DNA of 64,000 nt, taken from positions 1,463 through 65,462 of the forward strand of contig DASXGZ010000006.1 of NCBI GenBank assembly GCA_036488825.1. The letters run 5' to 3'. The stretch's first letter is position 1. Every line of letters begins with the position of its first letter. This document shows positions 63,136-64,000 of the stretch, one piece after another. The notes below the pieces were generated by a model. It was not told the DNA's origin. It made no database searches and saw only the letters and a list, made by a program, of their open reading frames with translations. This stretch comes from Candidatus Angelobacter sp. (GTDB taxonomy: Bacteria; Acidobacteriota; Terriglobia; Terriglobales; Acidobacteriaceae). The position numbers and the translations under genes were made by a program.

Positions 63136-63777
63136 CTATTTGAAAAAGCTGTCTGCCTGCGATAGCCGTTTGTTGACCTCATCCCAGTTCACCACGTTCC
63201 ACCAGGCTTTCAGGTAGTCGGGGCGGCGGTTCTGGTATTTCAGATAGTAGGCATGCTCCCAGACGTCATTGCCCAGCACCGGAAATTCACCGTTCGAAAT
63301 CGGATTGTCCTGATTGGGAGTTGAGGTAATTTTGAATTCGCCGGACTTGGTCTTTACCAACCAGGCCCAACCGCTGCCAAACTGATTTGCGCCGGCCGCC
63401 TCAAACTTTTCTTTGAAAGCGTCAAAGCTGCCGAATGTCTTGTTGATTGCGTCGCCAACAGTGCCGGTGGGTTTGCCGCCTTTGCCGGGCCCCATGATCT
63501 GCCAGAACATAGTGTGGTTCACGTGTCCACCGCCGTTATTGCGGATGGCTCCGCGGACATCTTCCGGCAGCGCGCTCAGGTTGCGGATCAGTTCCTCTGG
63601 GCTTTTGCTGCCTAATTCCGGATGTTTCTCAATTGCACCGTTCAGCTTGGTTACATAAGCTGCGTGGTGCTTGTCATGGTGCAGGTGCATGGTTTGCTCG
63701 TCAATGTGCGGTTCCAGCGCGTTGTAAGCATATGGCAGCGCCGGGACCTCATGGGCCGTTATAGTTCCTTGTGCCAT
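63136..63777 (-). CDS. Fe/Mn superoxide dismutase
   Basis: [64 protein letters not shown] 63777 is preceded by AAGGTGG. Confidence 0.92.
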   Translation of the reverse strand: MAQGTITAHEVPALPYAYNALEPHIDEQTMHLHHDKHHAAYVTKLNGAIEKHPELGSKSPEELIRNLSALPEDVRGAIRNNGGGHVNHTMFWQIMGPGKGGKPTGTVGDAINKTFGSFDAFKEKFEAAGANQFGSGWAWLVKTKSGEFKITSTPNQDNPISNGEFPVLGNDVWEHAYYLKYQNRRPDYLKAWWNVVNWDEVNKRLSQADSFFK

Positions 63778-63854
63778 TTCAACCACCTTTCATTTTTATA
63801 AATACCAGACTCTCAATCTTTGGATGAACCTGGCATCTTCCGCGATGCTGCTTG

Positions 63855-64000
63855 TTAAAACGCCGCGAATGCCAGCTCCAGCAATGTCTTCTGCTCCATC
63901 TCATGCGCCGTGTGCGAACCGGTGGATGGACTGGACGAAGGCGAACGCTTTACCGAACGGAACGGCGCTCCGTGGGCCAGGCGCTCTAATCGAGGAGCAA
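63855..64000 (-). CDS. 3' end of an unidentified gene (5' part beyond the window end)
   Basis: The minus frame is open from the window edge to TAA (63855-63857) and ends ...GSHTAHEMEQKTLLELAFAAF. Product not recognised. Confidence 0.35.
   Translation of the reverse strand, partial: APRLERLAHGAPFRSVKRSPSSSPSTGSHTAHEMEQKTLLELAFAAF

Noticed and set aside
1-64000. Search by eye for CRISPR arrays, rRNA, transposases, integrases, phage genes, toxin-antitoxin pairs and known defence-system genes.
   Set aside because: None seen. There are no regularly spaced direct repeats, no DDE/tyrosine-recombinase-like ORFs and no rRNA-like sequence. The only repeats are the intergenic inverted-repeat elements reported above.

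Overview
This is a 64-kb chromosomal window from a high-GC Gram-negative genome, densely coding and mostly on the minus strand. The gene content suggests an Acidobacteriota-like organism, but that is inference only. It includes tamB next to bamA, AsmA-family giants, DUF2911, a PEP-CTERM-like sorting signal, two-subunit glyQS and a bacterial GH47.

The left 12.5 kb is the clearly accessory part. It holds a fatty-acyl-AMP-ligase-primed NRPS (lipopeptide-type) cluster that runs off the window start. Its genes are FAAL-ACP-C-A-T, a guanidinoacetate-methyltransferase-like enzyme, an MbtH-like protein fused to an unknown domain, a type II thioesterase and a second NRPS. The first C domain of the second NRPS lacks the catalytic HHxxxD. 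A LuxR-type regulator is transcribed divergently across a 660-bp AT-rich spacer. I read the A-domain specificity residues by hand; they predict an acyl-Gly-Glu start.

The remainder is mostly housekeeping:
- tRNA-Ala(CGC) and a minimal arsR-arsM module.
- A secreted GH47 mannosidase.
- A MaoC/acyl-CoA dehydrogenase/cyclase/CitE-like CoA-ester operon.
- ferredoxin, recO and glyQS.
- A small low-GC islet with an orphan membrane protein.
- AsmA, and a ubiA-hyuB pair.
- A translationally coupled bamA/surA-like/tamB/pcm operon.
- A long minus-strand array: thiolase, hbd, crt, DUF2007, ribH (fused), nusB, purM, purN, dut, tyrS.
- An LDH-like gene and sod.

Several co-directional intergenic gaps carry related imperfect inverted-repeat (REP/MITE-like) elements. 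One of them supplies the last codons of nusB. I saw no rRNA, CRISPR array, transposase, integrase or phage genes. All calls rest on reading the sequence and ORF translations by eye; no searches were run.
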